Below, piece after piece: positions 1 to 13,600 of a stretch of 64,000 bases of DNA. Location: positions 62,001-126,000 of the forward strand of contig NOWV01000210.1 of the NCBI GenBank assembly GCA_003344405.1. The letters are read 5' to 3'. Below the pieces are notes generated by a model. The model worked only from the letters and a program-made list of their open reading frames with translations, made no database searches and was not told the origin of the DNA. A program made the position numbers and the translations under genes. Each line of letters opens with the position of its first letter. Position 1 is the stretch's first letter. Origin of the DNA: Trichoplax sp. H2 (taxonomy: Eukaryota).

Positions 1-2029
1 AAAACGGTTAGCATGGATTCGACTTAAGCATGTTACAGGTTCGATGCAAAATTATTTTGAATCGACAGTATTTTTAAAGGAGTAATATCAAAGTATAACT
101 AGAAATTGTGCACCTTAGTTAAAATGATTACGTATTGATTGAATGGAAGCCCTTCAAAGGTTCGGTGTAAAATCAGTTCTAATCCATTTTAAACCACTAT
201 TTCGCTTGGGTTTTGATTTCGTTCCAGTTGTAGTTAGATGAAGATTTCCTTCATCTAACGCTTAGTCTAAAGCAAAATTAGAATAATGTACATGATTTCA
301 ATATATCAACCTTCCAATTTTTTCTTAACCTAGACGTATATAAAATCTCTCAGCTAGAACGGCGGCTTTCTTTACCATCATATACTAGATTATACGTCGG
401 AAGCCTTTCTTGATGCAGTACATTATTACCGCTATTGACTTTTTCAGGATGTCAGTAATACCTAAATTAAATTTCTCTTACGCAAATGTCTTTTTTTATT
501 ATATAATATGGCAACCATGTACAATCTTGGGCCATTAATCTGGTAATATTGATAAATATTGTATCAATTAAATAAAAAATTGGCCTACTATAAACTTATC
601 CGACTACCTACCGCCGTTTTAATACGCATAAGAAGGAGTTAAGATACTTTCTGTATAATTTTCTGCCTTTACAATAGTTTTTAACTGGTCTATATCTACC
701 CGGAATCTTTCACAACTTGTAATTTCATCCTCTAGCTACCTTAATCTAATATCACATTAGCTGAAAGTGCCATAATGATATTGTATCGCCTTGTATCCAC
801 TACCATAAGTGATGCTCAATATTCTTGCAGAAAACATTTACATTAAGTGTTTTGACTGCAGTATTTTATTCTAGATATTCTTCTTTAGGCCTAATTCCGT
901 ATCAACTATCGTATTTTATCCAGTAGGAAAAGGCAGCGCACAACGAAAATGCTTTTACCTTCATATCCTCTATGTCCTGCTCTTTCTCTAATAATATTCC
1001 ATTTATTTTCATTTCACAATGGTGATCATAAATGATGTAGAATTGGATAGTATTGATAAACTTTATCATTCAATGAAGTTTAACCAGACAACAAAATAAC
1101 GCCAACTCAGAACGTTTAAAAATCAATCCTACCTAAATCTCTATCATGGCGAGTGTGAAAAGTAAAAATTTCCCATCAACAAATCTTAAAGTAACCGCTT
1201 AGAATCTATTATGGACCGAGCATTTTTAATAGATTTTATTTTACATCAACAAAATCTTCCCCGGATATTCATCTTTGAAATGTTTTCCGCTTGCATGACA
1301 AATCAATAACTGAATCAAAGTTATATTTAATAAAGGGATAATTATCTTAATGGATTATCAAGTCATCCATCTTATTGACTGCCGGTTAAATGACTTCTTT
1401 TTCCTTTTCTATCCCACTCCTATGACTTCTTTACTTAGCTCCATTGGATAGTTGGACTGTCATACTATTTATTCCTGCCAGTTGTTGTAGCAGAGAGATA
1501 ACAAACAATCTCTCATATCAACAGACTTTATCTTAAGTGAGTTTTATCCATCGCTTCTGAACTAGAATTATGATTTCGATACCTTAAATTTTATTAAAAG
1601 AGAATATTCCATTTCAATTTCATCGATAACAAGCGTTAATAAGCTTAAGGAAATATAGTAACCTTCTTTTGCATCAAATAAAATCGTAACCAATTCGTGT
1701 GTGACATTAGTTGTCAGTATCACGGATTAGACTATTCTAAATTCATTTTTGGTTTTACTAGAAGTAGAAGCTTTAGAATCGAATATTTCAACCAACCCTT
1801 TACAAATCTACTTTGAGATTTCGTTGAATTTCTACGTTTCCTTTTCTATATTTTACCTTATTTTAATATGATCCTGAAGTATAAATTGCTATAATCTGTT
1901 ATAGGAAGATTCTTGTATAGTTAAACGCTTCTAATTTATCAACTTTGCTTTCAATACTTTTTGGACAAGCTTTATAAAATGTGAAAAGCTGATGAAATAT
2001 CAACTGATTCTCTTTTCTTTTTAAATGCT

Positions 2030-2460
2030 CCCAACTTCTAAAATCTTTTAAGTATACTAGCTTTACTTTTAAACTATCATCAATCACAAAATTTTCTTTA
2101 AAATTGATTTAGATATTTCACTAGAAGTTTCTACTTTAGCTTTACTTTCAAGCTACGATCAATCGTAAAATTCATTGCAAACATTTTTTTTCGATATCTC
2201 GCTTAAAATTTATATACTAGCTTTACTTTCAAGCTACTATCAATCATGAAATTCAGCACTAAAGTCCATTTATATATTTCCCTAGAAATTTCTACATCTA
2301 GTTTACTATCAAACCATTGTGTTTCATAAAATTTTTCATTAATATCAATTTCAATATTTCACCAGAAATTTCTACATTTGCTTTACTTTTAAACTACTAT
2401 AAAACATGAAATTCTTCACTAAAATCGATTCTGATATTTCAAGAGTTTTCTAAAATTAGC
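2030..2460. repeat. Degenerate tandem repeat, ~80-bp unit, about 5 copies
   Basis: The motif (c/t)tagctttactttyaarctac..tcaatc..aaattt recurs at ~2057, 2136, 2217, 2298 and 2378. Confidence 0.75.
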
Positions 2461-2539
2461 TATCAACCTACGCGTATATCACGCAAATTCTCAACTAAAA
2501 TCCATGTCTTTTCCTTAAGTTAAATTACAAGCACACTTC

Positions 2540-3160
2540 TTTTTGCAGATCTGATAATTTTAATTTATAAATTTAAGAGCAGTTACTCTCACAACTAGTT
2601 TACTCTACTGTTACCAAAAAGCTTTTCCTATCCATGAGTTAAATTCTCAACAAATTTTTTTGTGCATGGGTAGTAACTCACTTTATAGATTCAAGAGTAG
2701 TTGCTTTTTACATCTAGTTAACTATATATTTTTGCCAAGTAACTCTATCTATGCAAATGTCTTGGTGCAAGTATATTAGTCCAGTTTATAGGTCCAAATG
2801 TAGCTGTTTTTTATATCTACGCTAATAAATTGCCAAGTAATTCTTCCTATACCAATATCTTGGTGCAAGTATAGTAATTCAGTTTATAGATCTAAAAGTA
2901 GTTACTATTTATAGCTATGCTTATGTTTTGCTAAACGTTCTCGCTTATAAACTCTTCTTATGCATGTGTTCAATTGCCAACAAACTTCTTAGTGCAAGTA
3001 TGGCAAATCAGCTAATAGATTCGAGAGTAGTTAGTTATTTCTCACAGCGAGTTTACAACGCATTCTTGCCAGAAAACTCTTCCTATCAATGAGTTCAATT
3101 GCCAGAAAAACTTCCTTGTGTAAGTCTGGTAGTTCAGTTTATAAATTAAACAGTAGTTTC
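2540..3160. repeat. Degenerate tandem repeat, ~100-130-bp unit, about 5 copies
   Basis: The motif ttcttggtgcaagtat..tartycagtttatagatt.aagagtagtt recurs near 2660, 2765, 2863, 2992 and 3119. Confidence 0.65.
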
Positions 3161-3917
3161 TTCACTTAGCGAAAATAAAAAATTTCGTTCGCCATATTTA
3201 ATATTGGTTCTGCTTCTCTAATAATACTAGAATTATCATTACTATTTTCTCCTTGGGTCAATGCAGCATTAGAGTATGCTAGGCATTTTAATAGAGCTAA
3301 TTTAAAATTTTGAAGGCAATGCTAGGGCCATTATGGACTAAAATTTATTTTAATGTAGTATTGACAGTTGGCAAGACTACAAGATTAACATTCCCTCAGC
3401 TGATTATACACTACCATAAAAAGGGTCGGCCGTTTTGCTAAGTAGCAAAGGATAAACAAATAGTTTCTAAGTCACTATAAAATCATGTTTAGTTGCTTAA
3501 GGTGTTGAGCGAATGAAGGGTAATCAGCGAGGATAATAAATGAACACTGAAATATTTAAAAATCTGGAATATTGTATATGCTTAGACAATAATGTTAGCC
3601 AACTCAACTATACTAATTGGTGTTAACCTGAACGATGAGATTGGATTATGTTTGTAGTCAGGGAGATAGAAACATTTTCATCTGCCCTATCAATTGGCAT
3701 AAGTTGACTAATTTATTTGTTAGCTCTAAGATTTGGATCAATAAATATAAATCATTTACCTTTAAGACCTAATATAAATTTTTGAGAAACAAATTACTAG
3801 CAGTAGATGAGAATAATTTTACCAATTTTACATGATTTTACTGCAACGATTGAATTAATTGCGTTTCTAATTAATTGCTATCATAACCATTCGCTTTTGT
3901 ACGTTTATTTATTCTAG

Positions 3918-6233
3918 AACGACCTTGTAGAAAGTAAACGTTTAAATGCTTTAGTGCTACCCTCTAATTTATCCATCGTTCGAAAACGTGCTATTATAGC
4001 CGTCATGGGATCAATTGTTGCCGACGCTGCAGGTGATGTATTTTATTTCTTATGATTATAATTAATTAATAATTTAACGTTCATAGCAATTATAATCAAT
4101 AGATTTTTAAAAGAATAACAAATACTGTAATAAATATAGCATCGATAGAGCGGTAGGTATTGTACCGATATCAATGATAGAAAACGAAAAGCATATCGAA
4201 TTAGAAGCGATATTATATTTATAAATTGACCACCGGTACTTATCATAAATAGACATACAAATGATAGCTATTACTATTATTTATATTATGATGACTATAC
4301 AAATTTTAACTACGCAAAATATCAAAAAGTCTTTGTTACAACTAAGCTAAATTAGATTCTATTTATCTGATTACTTTGTCGTAAACATCTTCTTATTTCG
4401 ACCTAAAGGTTACAGTGCATGAAAGATTGATACTTTGAATTGAAAATCGTCTATGCCTATATACAATCTGATAAACTATTAAGCAATCTATTTGTTATCC
4501 AATCAATTGACAATCGAAAACTATTTCATAACTTGAGCCTCATTATTTCATCTTTTTTACTTTAGCTCAACCATTACATTACATAGCCGATAGCGATAGT
4601 ATACATAAAATATTAGAACAAAACAATGCCGTTGATCCAGAATTTTTGCCAGTTTCCGCAAATCCACGTTATAAAATTGATACCGGCCAACAAAGTTGCT
4701 ATGGTGATCAACTCATGGTCTTTATGGATTCTTTAGCAAACCATGGTGGTACGTAATCTGCATTATTATTTATTTATACCTAGTTAAACAGACTCATAGG
4801 CAGCTGTTAGGGTTCTTATGAATGTTATAATTACATTTGAAAGTAAACCACATGATCAATAACTAAATATAATTGCTATAGCATCCAGCTTATTCAACCC
4901 AATATCCATAATCATACAATCACTAATTGATATACGCACATCAAAACATAATTTACAGGCATCATTGATGTTAAAGATTTAATTAGAAGAATAGTACGTT
5001 ATTTTGGTCCAAATTCTGAATATGAACCAAAAGATCCAACGGAAAGGCCACTACCATGTCCACTTCGCACCAGTGCCATAAGTGATATTATATCGAACTC
5101 GTTGAGATACGGCTTAGATGGTCAAAATCTTGGCCCAACAGATGATTATAATGCAGATTGTTTATGTAAGTTAGCTCCCGTTGTAGGCATGTTCGCTGGC
5201 CAGCGTAATATGTTGGCATCGGTTGAAAAAGTGGCTAGAATAACACAAAACAACACCAAGAGTTTGGCGATTTGTTTAGCTGCGGCACGAATATTAGAAC
5301 ATTACTTGTTAAAAGGGTATGATAAAGACGTATTTACAATTGTACAAAATGAATTAAAAAATCCACAACGAACCTTACCGACTGATGAAGATCGTAATGT
5401 CGCCGATATGATTCAGAGCATTGTGGATATGAAATCTAGATCACATGTAAATGTTGTTTCTCATGTCGGACATAGTAGTGGTAAGTTAAAGTCTGCTATT
5501 AGATAGAACTAGCATTAGTCATAAGATAAATCTATTTTGTAGTGCGAGCAAGAAAACTTTCATATTCTATCACATCTGTATTTGAATTACTTTAACAGTA
5601 CAGTTTTATATTTATGAAGAAAATTGAACAGGGCATGAAATGTGCATAATGATCTTTCTATTGCTTTCTTGATGATATTATAAGTATTATCACTGAATGA
5701 TTTCTATACTGACTAAATATCACTATATCACTGTAAACTACATTAATATATCTCATTCGTTCTACTCTAGTACTTTCGGTAGCGTATGATGTTAATTATA
5801 ACTGGATGGCATGGAAATATACTTTAAGTCATATAGTACCATAAATTATAATGCTATGATCAGAATATCCTGTGAAACTTCATGATGTGTTTACGAGATA
5901 AAATGCTTGGAAGCAATGATAATTATTTATATTTCTTAAGCTATTTTTTATTGTATGTACGAGTATACTGAAATCTTTCTCATTTTTATAGCCATTGCTG
6001 AAGTCTTCCAATGCTCTTTACATGTATTACTCACTGCTAAATCTTATATCGATGGTGTTCGCAATACGCTGATTGCTGGTGGCTGTAACTGTAGCCGTGC
6101 AACATTCATAGGAGCCTGCTTAGCAGCTCAGTTTGGCATTGATGCAATACCAATGCAATGGATAAGAAAAACAAATTCATCATCGTACGCTTTCGAATTG
6201 GCTAAAAAATTAATGAAAATCCAAACCAATTAA
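3918..6233 (+). CDS. selenoj-like: Selenoprotein J / J1-crystallin family protein (ADP-ribosylglycohydrolase fold), Ser-containing non-Sec homolog. Exons 3918-4032, 4566-4748, 4959-5480, 5992-6233; possible first exon 1146-1190.
   Basis: The spliced translation contains AVMGSIVADAAAQPLHY, PEFLPVSANPRY..TGQQSCYGDQ, FGPNSEY, KLAPVV, RITQNN, LAAARILEHY and GGCNCSRATFIGACLAAQFGIDAIP, all typical of SelJ/J1 crystallins. GT-AG junctions are phase-compatible. The first exon (MASVKSKNFPSTNLK, phase 0) is only tentative. Confidence 0.88.
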
Positions 6234-7656
6234 AGAATTGACATTAATTTTGACTAAGCAAGCGATTTTTTTTACGCGGCAATTTTCAATATAAGCAACA
6301 GTAGGACAACGTTGATTAACAACTAATACAATAAATGTGTTAGAATCTAGATATTAATTTTTAACTACAATATCATCTTATCTATTAGTTTACTTTATTA
6401 AATAACCCCATTTGGAAAATATCATTGTCTGTTTATGGCTTAAAATACGGTTAAAAACTTGACTGATACCTAGATTGCGATCACTTTTTCGTGTACGTAA
6501 GCGAATTTTGTAATAGCTGCTATCATTGTAGCCAAATTTTAAGTATTGATTTTTATGACATCGCTATTAACATGCTAAGCTAAATGCAGCGTTAAGAATA
6601 ATATATTTGTGACATTCTCCATTATCGAGCCAAATGATGATGAAAAATAATAATTTAAAATGAAAATTGACAAACGCAAGCCAGTAATAATAGGTTTTAT
6701 TGAAAGATACGATAATTCTCTCCAGTATCTATTCTAATTGATCAATTACAACTATGTGTCCCGTGATAACATTAATAGGATCATAAAACACCTTTACAGT
6801 ATGAACTGTCCTAACACCAAGGTAATAGAAAGACTTACATGTGACTGTGTGACCATAATACTTTAGAAACTTGACTATTCTATTCATAATTAGCTTTGTA
6901 TCATGTAATCAAATAAAATAACATATTAAGGTTAATTGCTACAAGACGGCCAAATACTATATAGAATGGTTTAAAATCAACAGGTTATATAGACGTATTT
7001 CTTTATACAAATGTATTACGCAGTATTTCACTTAATGCAGAAGTTCGTATAATTTTATAACTGCGAAATAATCAGATCATCGCTACACAAAGTAAAAATA
7101 TCCATCGTCTACTATACATTTGATAATCAATTTGTAATAGTCCATGTAAGTACAAGAAAAATCAAGAAAACGTGTGATAAATAACCACAATAGTATTCAA
7201 TATAATATCATTTGCAATTCAGAGTTTGCAAATTGTTATCATAGTCGGCAGACTAAATGCCGCATTTCATTAAAAAATTGTCACTTTCGTAAGAACATAT
7301 TTTTAAATCATAACTGTTCTCTTAAAATGGTTACAAAAATTGGTTCCTGTCAGAAAAGTTGATAGATATATTAAAATGAGCAAAAGAAAAAGAGATACAT
7401 ACAAAGACCAAAACATAATCTTTCACTGACTAAATAACGACACATCAAATATTACGTACACAACGTACTATGTTACGGCTGTGATAGCAGTCAAATTAAT
7501 ACGAGAATTCGTTTGAGAAGGAAAGTTATGCTGACGAGAAGTCGTAACAAAAATTGCTTCAATGAGTATGTGTATATCATACAAGCCGCAGCCTAGACTT
7601 TTATATCGTACTCAATAAGCTACTTTCATTATATATACACGAGTAAATTTCTTTTG

Positions 7657-10600
7657 CTAGTTAATAATTTCAACGTAATTTTCAGGTATTAATCCAGTTT
7701 CATCGTTAATCGTTCCATAAAGCCATCCCGGCTCTTCCGATTCGCGTACTAATTGTCAACATAGGCAAAATAAGTAGAAAGTTATAAAACTTCAAATACA
7801 GCTATGTACCAGTAGATGAGATACTTGCTGAACCGAAGGAGTTATGTACATGGATATCTCTCTGTTTACCGTTATGAATCACTTGATTGGCTTCAAAGGA
7901 TAACTCTTTGTCATATTCTCCTTTACACTGGTATAAAGTTCTAGCAACTCTGTATTCCACACGTAATTGCAAAATTAATTTTTTTGCATTATTTATGCCT
8001 CAGAATCATTAATTAATCTAATGTATGCTCGTACGTTGTCAGTATAATCGTATAATCTCAGTTATACTTGATTAATTTTGGGCGAAAGAGCTTGAGAATT
8101 GACAAGAAATGCTACATTAAGACATTTTGTTATCCATATACTTACTTAAATCCTAATTTTTGACCAGAAGGCTGCAACGATGGTGGTTGTGATGTTGATG
8201 GACTCTGTCTCTGACCAGTAATGTTTCCTTGTCCCTGATGTTCAAATCTAAAAGAAACGACAATGTATGAGACAGATATCCATGAGTCGAATTATGTAAC
8301 ACTTATCTAAAATAGTAGAGTTATATGAAATATTATTTTATCGCAGTTATAGTATCATTCGTACTGAGCTACTAGGGGAGTACCACCAGTGTTTGGAGAG
8401 GGCTTCCTACTAATGGCTTGAATAAGTAACGGAAGAAAGAACAACAAATACATACGAATCATCATGTGTTATCAATAATCAAGTTGTACACGTCTTTAAA
8501 GTATTAAACTAATCTATCTCTTAGAGCTGTAGAGAAGAAATCATTTTAATGTCTATACTAGTTCATATGTAAATCACTTTATGAATCCATACCAGCGCGC
8601 CGCGCTCCAATATTTGGGCTGCTATGTTGTTTTATAGGCGGTATTACCTCTTTCCGTCTCCCAACAGGTGTACTAGCTTTTCTATTTTTAGCTATATCAT
8701 CCGGTCTTGCAGTAACAGAAAGTGAACTAGGCTTTCTAGAAACAGAGTTATCCTCCGATCGTTTGCCAAAGGTCGGGGTTAAACTAAATGGGCCTGCAAG
8801 AAGGACAATCCAGACTTACTTGATTTGTTTATAATGAATCAGTGAAAATATTCGTAAATCGGAAAAGTTTGCATCATCGATTTCATTAATCAAGCAATGA
8901 AGTAGCAGTTTCATACCTTTCGCATTTGTTACATTCCTCTTAAATACCTATTTGACAAAAGTTTCGGAATAGTCACATTATAGGTGCATACTATGATAAA
9001 CGCTTCAATAGTTCTTTAGGATGATATTTTAGTGTCAAAATTATTTTTAACCTTATCAAAAGAAGAAACCATTATTTCCACACAAACTCCTTGATACTTT
9101 ATATCTACAATGGCAGCCATAGACTCCTCTTCCGGCCTCATTAGTGTTGGTCCGAAAACGACTCCCAGGTTACTAGCATACATTTTGTTTACATCTGCTT
9201 CACCGGCAACACTAAATGGTAAACATCAAATGTTACAGTTTTAGCAATAATCACTAACGTTAGAAAAATTTTTAGCAATTGATACTCACTTTTTAAGGTG
9301 AGCAACAACAATGTATAACATATTATAATTCAGCTCGGGTAGTTTTTCTACTGCCGCCCTTACGCCGTCAACTCTTTCTTCTAGCGTATCAGACTCTGCA
9401 ATAATCGCAATTTCTGAAGTTTAGCCATAAAATATGTAACAATTCATTATACTAGTTTTTGCTACATCGATACATACTGCATGCTTTGATAAAAGTTGAA
9501 TGAAGCATATGCGTCGTTAAAGGTTCAGGCATACTCCTTTACAAAGTAAAAATACGTTTTATAATTTTTGGTAAAAGTAGAAATCAAATTCTATATAAAA
9601 CAAATCCAAAACTAAATGTAAACAACAATCGGAAAACACTAATACTAATAGATTTAAATGTTCAGGTATTCTATAAATTCACCTTAAGTACTTTTTTAGA
9701 CTACTGGTAATTGTTGAAGTTGGGTATTCGGAATAATCAATGTCTCCCGAATGATTACCCTCTAAAAATTTTGACATTGATTCCTTAGTAAAACTAATTC
9801 GTCACGTACAAACAATAAAGAAAAGTAAAGGGTATCATCAAAGATAGTATGCTAACCTATCCATGCTTGCAGCAAAGCCTTAACTTTAATTGTAGATCCT
9901 ACAAGACGGTATAATCCCTGTTCTCCTAATCCTAATAGACATCAATAGGAATGCTTATAAAGTAAATTTCTGTCGAAAATAGCACATTACCTAATGACGA
10001 TAGTATTTCTAGTCTATTTTACCTCGTTTTTCAACTTCCTCAATACACCTCTCGACAAAAGCAAAACCATTTTCATTCAGTTCTAAGCATTTACGATACA
10101 AATTCTGGTGTTAGCTACTCTTACGATAGAGCTTATTGATCAGCTAATAAATTTGAAAATGCGCAATTACCGTAACCTACTGTCTTTCTCTGAGGTTTGA
10201 CTTCAGAATAAACCTTTTTATAATTAAGTTAATTAAGGTTAGCTTTGGTAATCATAATAATTATGACTGATCAAAACTTTTAGCGATAAATCCAAAAGCC
10301 TATATTAGATACCGGTTCTGCACCATCCATTGCTTCAAGCCAAGATCTTCTATCATCTTCGCCCAAACATTGAAATGTATGATTGACAATTCTATAGCAA
10401 TTATAATAATTAAAATACGATAATTAGGATCGAATTGAGCTCATCATTAGCTCAAAAGTTAAGGTATCGTCATATCAATTGCTAATAGGTATTCATAACT
10501 AACTTCGTTTCTTGCTTAAATGTAATATCAAAGCAATAACGTTTCTCGATAGAATCCGTCTTTCGCCTGTGAGATAAGAGCAATAAAGAACATTACAATT

Positions 10601-13600
10601 ACGGCAATGATGATGTTCTTAATTAAACAACTTCTTCACTTGAAGGTAATTTAATTGTCTACAGTCAGACATTCTCCTATCTAGTAATTTCGCCAAATCA
10701 TAACATACATAAATGCTTTAATTCATTATAGCCACTAATAGATTTAGTTCAATCTTAAGTCTTAACGCTACTTTGAATTATTTTTATTTCAACGCAGACT
10801 TGAATATATGATATCATAAATGAAATTACCTTACGCAAGACATCACTTTCATAGTTTCACAGGTTGGCTATAAATTATGGAAGGTAAAATTTGAAGGCAT
10901 GGATGTTAAAATCATTGAAACTGGGAAGTATAAAATTGGCATACTCAAATATGAATCTACAGGTTATATAACGTACGACTTTGTTCTGACTTGACGAAAT
11001 GATCTTAAACAGTTTTCCTTTCTTTTCATACAGACAGTAGTATTTCACCCAATTGTTGCCACCCACTTTAGTAGAAGACAATAATAAGCAATGGTTAATG
11101 AAGGTAATATAAACACTATAGGTCAAAGTCTACCAACCTAATCCTTTCTTTAGCATGTACAAGTAGCCTTCCCTAGTATCGTCTGTGCTTTTAATTTTTT
11201 TGTCGGCATTGCTCTACATGATTGATTGCCAAAAATAGCTTATTTTATTCATGTGACAAATTGAGACCTTACGATGACCAATTAAATCTATACAGTATCT
11301 ATAATTGTATGCATTAAGTGTTATAAACAAGCGGTAACATAAAATACATCCATTCTCACGATAATTACCCTTATCTTAGTAATGTAACTTTGAGCTTCCT
11401 CTTTCTGCGTATCAAAGTTTTGCCTAGCCTAATAGTTAATCATATGATCAATTACTATCAAAACAGCACTCTCACTTAAGCATGACGCTTGCCCTCGATG
11501 CATAGATTGCAGTGCACAATTACATACGTTTTGCAGAATTAATTGCAAATGGTTTAAGAATCCTTCAGAATCTCTAAAAATTTCGTAACCTGACAAATAA
11601 ATTGGCATAATTACAATGAGTAATCAATTAATCTCAACAGAATAATAATAAAAACATTATCATTGTATCATATTTATAAGTGGGATATAGGTGGACTGAC
11701 TGACTTTGGTGATAAAACGTCCGCTGAACGTACATCCATCTAACAAGCTATCATCATGTTGCAGTTGGGTAAAAATAGATATAAAATGACGCCATCACAC
11801 ATGTGTTCATGAATATGAAAGAAAAGATACCATGAGCTATTAAAATATGGAAGAAGCACAAATACCACAATACGGTGCAATTCTTACAATTTCGACAAAC
11901 TGAAATTTTTTCATTTCCTGCAATTGGTATAATTGAAAAACGTAATCCAAAGACGCTTGATGGTATTCTTCTAATTGATGATCGAGTAAATCTTCAGACT
12001 GAGAGTATAATAAAAACGCATTAATCATGACATCGCAAGGAAGCTATGTACAAGTACGATTATAAAATATAACTATTAATTAAATACGTTTTTCTTTACT
12101 TAATTTCTAATATATGCATCATTCATAATAATACGATGATCTAATTTTAGTCATACCTCTTGCACCACTGCTTCCTTCTTTTTGTTGGAAATATTTAAAT
12201 GTTTTTCTAGTGCATTATAGTAACTTTGGCTAGATTTCTCGTACTTCTTTTTTTCTTCCTAAGCAGATTGTTTGCGAGAAATGTAAACAAGGTTGTCATA
12301 AATAATTTAAGGCGATAACATTATAAAGACAAACTTAATGAAGCAAACTCTCGCTAAAAACAACGTTTGTAACAATTATCAACAGCTGTTACCTTCATGG
12401 CTTCGATATCTTCCTTTCTAAAATTTTCAAGCGGTTGTAATAGAGAGAGATTGCATGTTGTCATCTAGTAAATTAAATAGGCTTAGTAGAGGTAGCCTGC
12501 TAAACTCTAATTATTCTATCAGAACAGCTAATAGCAATAGATTATAAACCTAATATCATAATAAAGAAAAGTCAACATAATGGTGTCAGTCGATGAGGCT
12601 ATACTGGGTAAAAGTAAGTTAGCACTCTATGTTATTTTCTTACTCTATGAGCTATAGTCATTAGCATTAGATCATTTAATTTTACGTCAACGCACGAACC
12701 AACACTTGACTTACCAAACCTTCTCTAGCGTCTTCGATAGAACGAATCATTTTACTAAAGGATTTAAAGGCTTCAGCTGAAATGTAATATGCATAGAAAT
12801 TAATTCCTTTCTATCTAAAAATTGGCCAACGCATTAATAGCTTTGCTAAGATCATACAGTAATGTATATTTTAAGAAAGATGTCTATCGACACCATTTTA
12901 TCACAATTTATTATCGACAGCTTGTTTATCATCTAAGTGTTCAAGAACGAGAATTAATCTACTAAACTATAGAAAAAACAATACACTTTTGATAATGCAA
13001 GCAATGGACTATTTATTATTTAGCATCTGCATAAAAGCAAACAGATGAAATTTGATATTGTATTGTAATTGAGAGGACAAGCAGCAGTTGCAGATAAGAT
13101 TTTAATTTCATAACTGAACACGAACAATTTATATATACTGTACATTCGCATTTGCGAGACATGATTTTGAAAGGATAGTTTAATTTATTTAAAAAACCAT
13201 CCGAATTTAGCAATAAGATGTCTTCAGCGTTAGAACTAATGGTAATACAAGGGACGTCTTCCGTAATTATACCGACATACAAGATATTGCAGCAAAGTAC
13301 GTATTTGTACGGAATACTGTGGCAACATTCATTTCCAATAATATCTATCTTTAATGTCGCATCGTTCATACACACGCGTATAAATTAATTTATACTCGTA
13401 GTCATAACGCTTCGTTGATAAGACGTGAATACATGAAAATATGTATAGTACGCTGTTGAATTAATAATCGGGTGTTAATCACTTTACAAAATTGTACTGC
13501 GATAATTTTTGATACTATAGTCTGCAGTACGATAAAAAGATAGCTAGCAAGCAATGACTGGAACAGAAATCTTATTTTATCACGTAGCTACAACTTACCG

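Noticed and set aside
30..180. GGTTCG motifs resembling tRNA T-loops
   Set aside because: No cloverleaf stems could be built.
6555..6600. SECIS-like ATGA...AA...GA stretch downstream of the SelJ-like gene
   Set aside because: The 3' core and helix II do not pair in register, it lies beyond an AATAAA at ~6330, and the gene has no in-frame TGA.
13016..13375. 119-aa minus-strand ORF inside a GRAF intron
   Set aside because: No similarity to BAR-domain sequence or any recognisable family. The flanking GRAF exons join without it.
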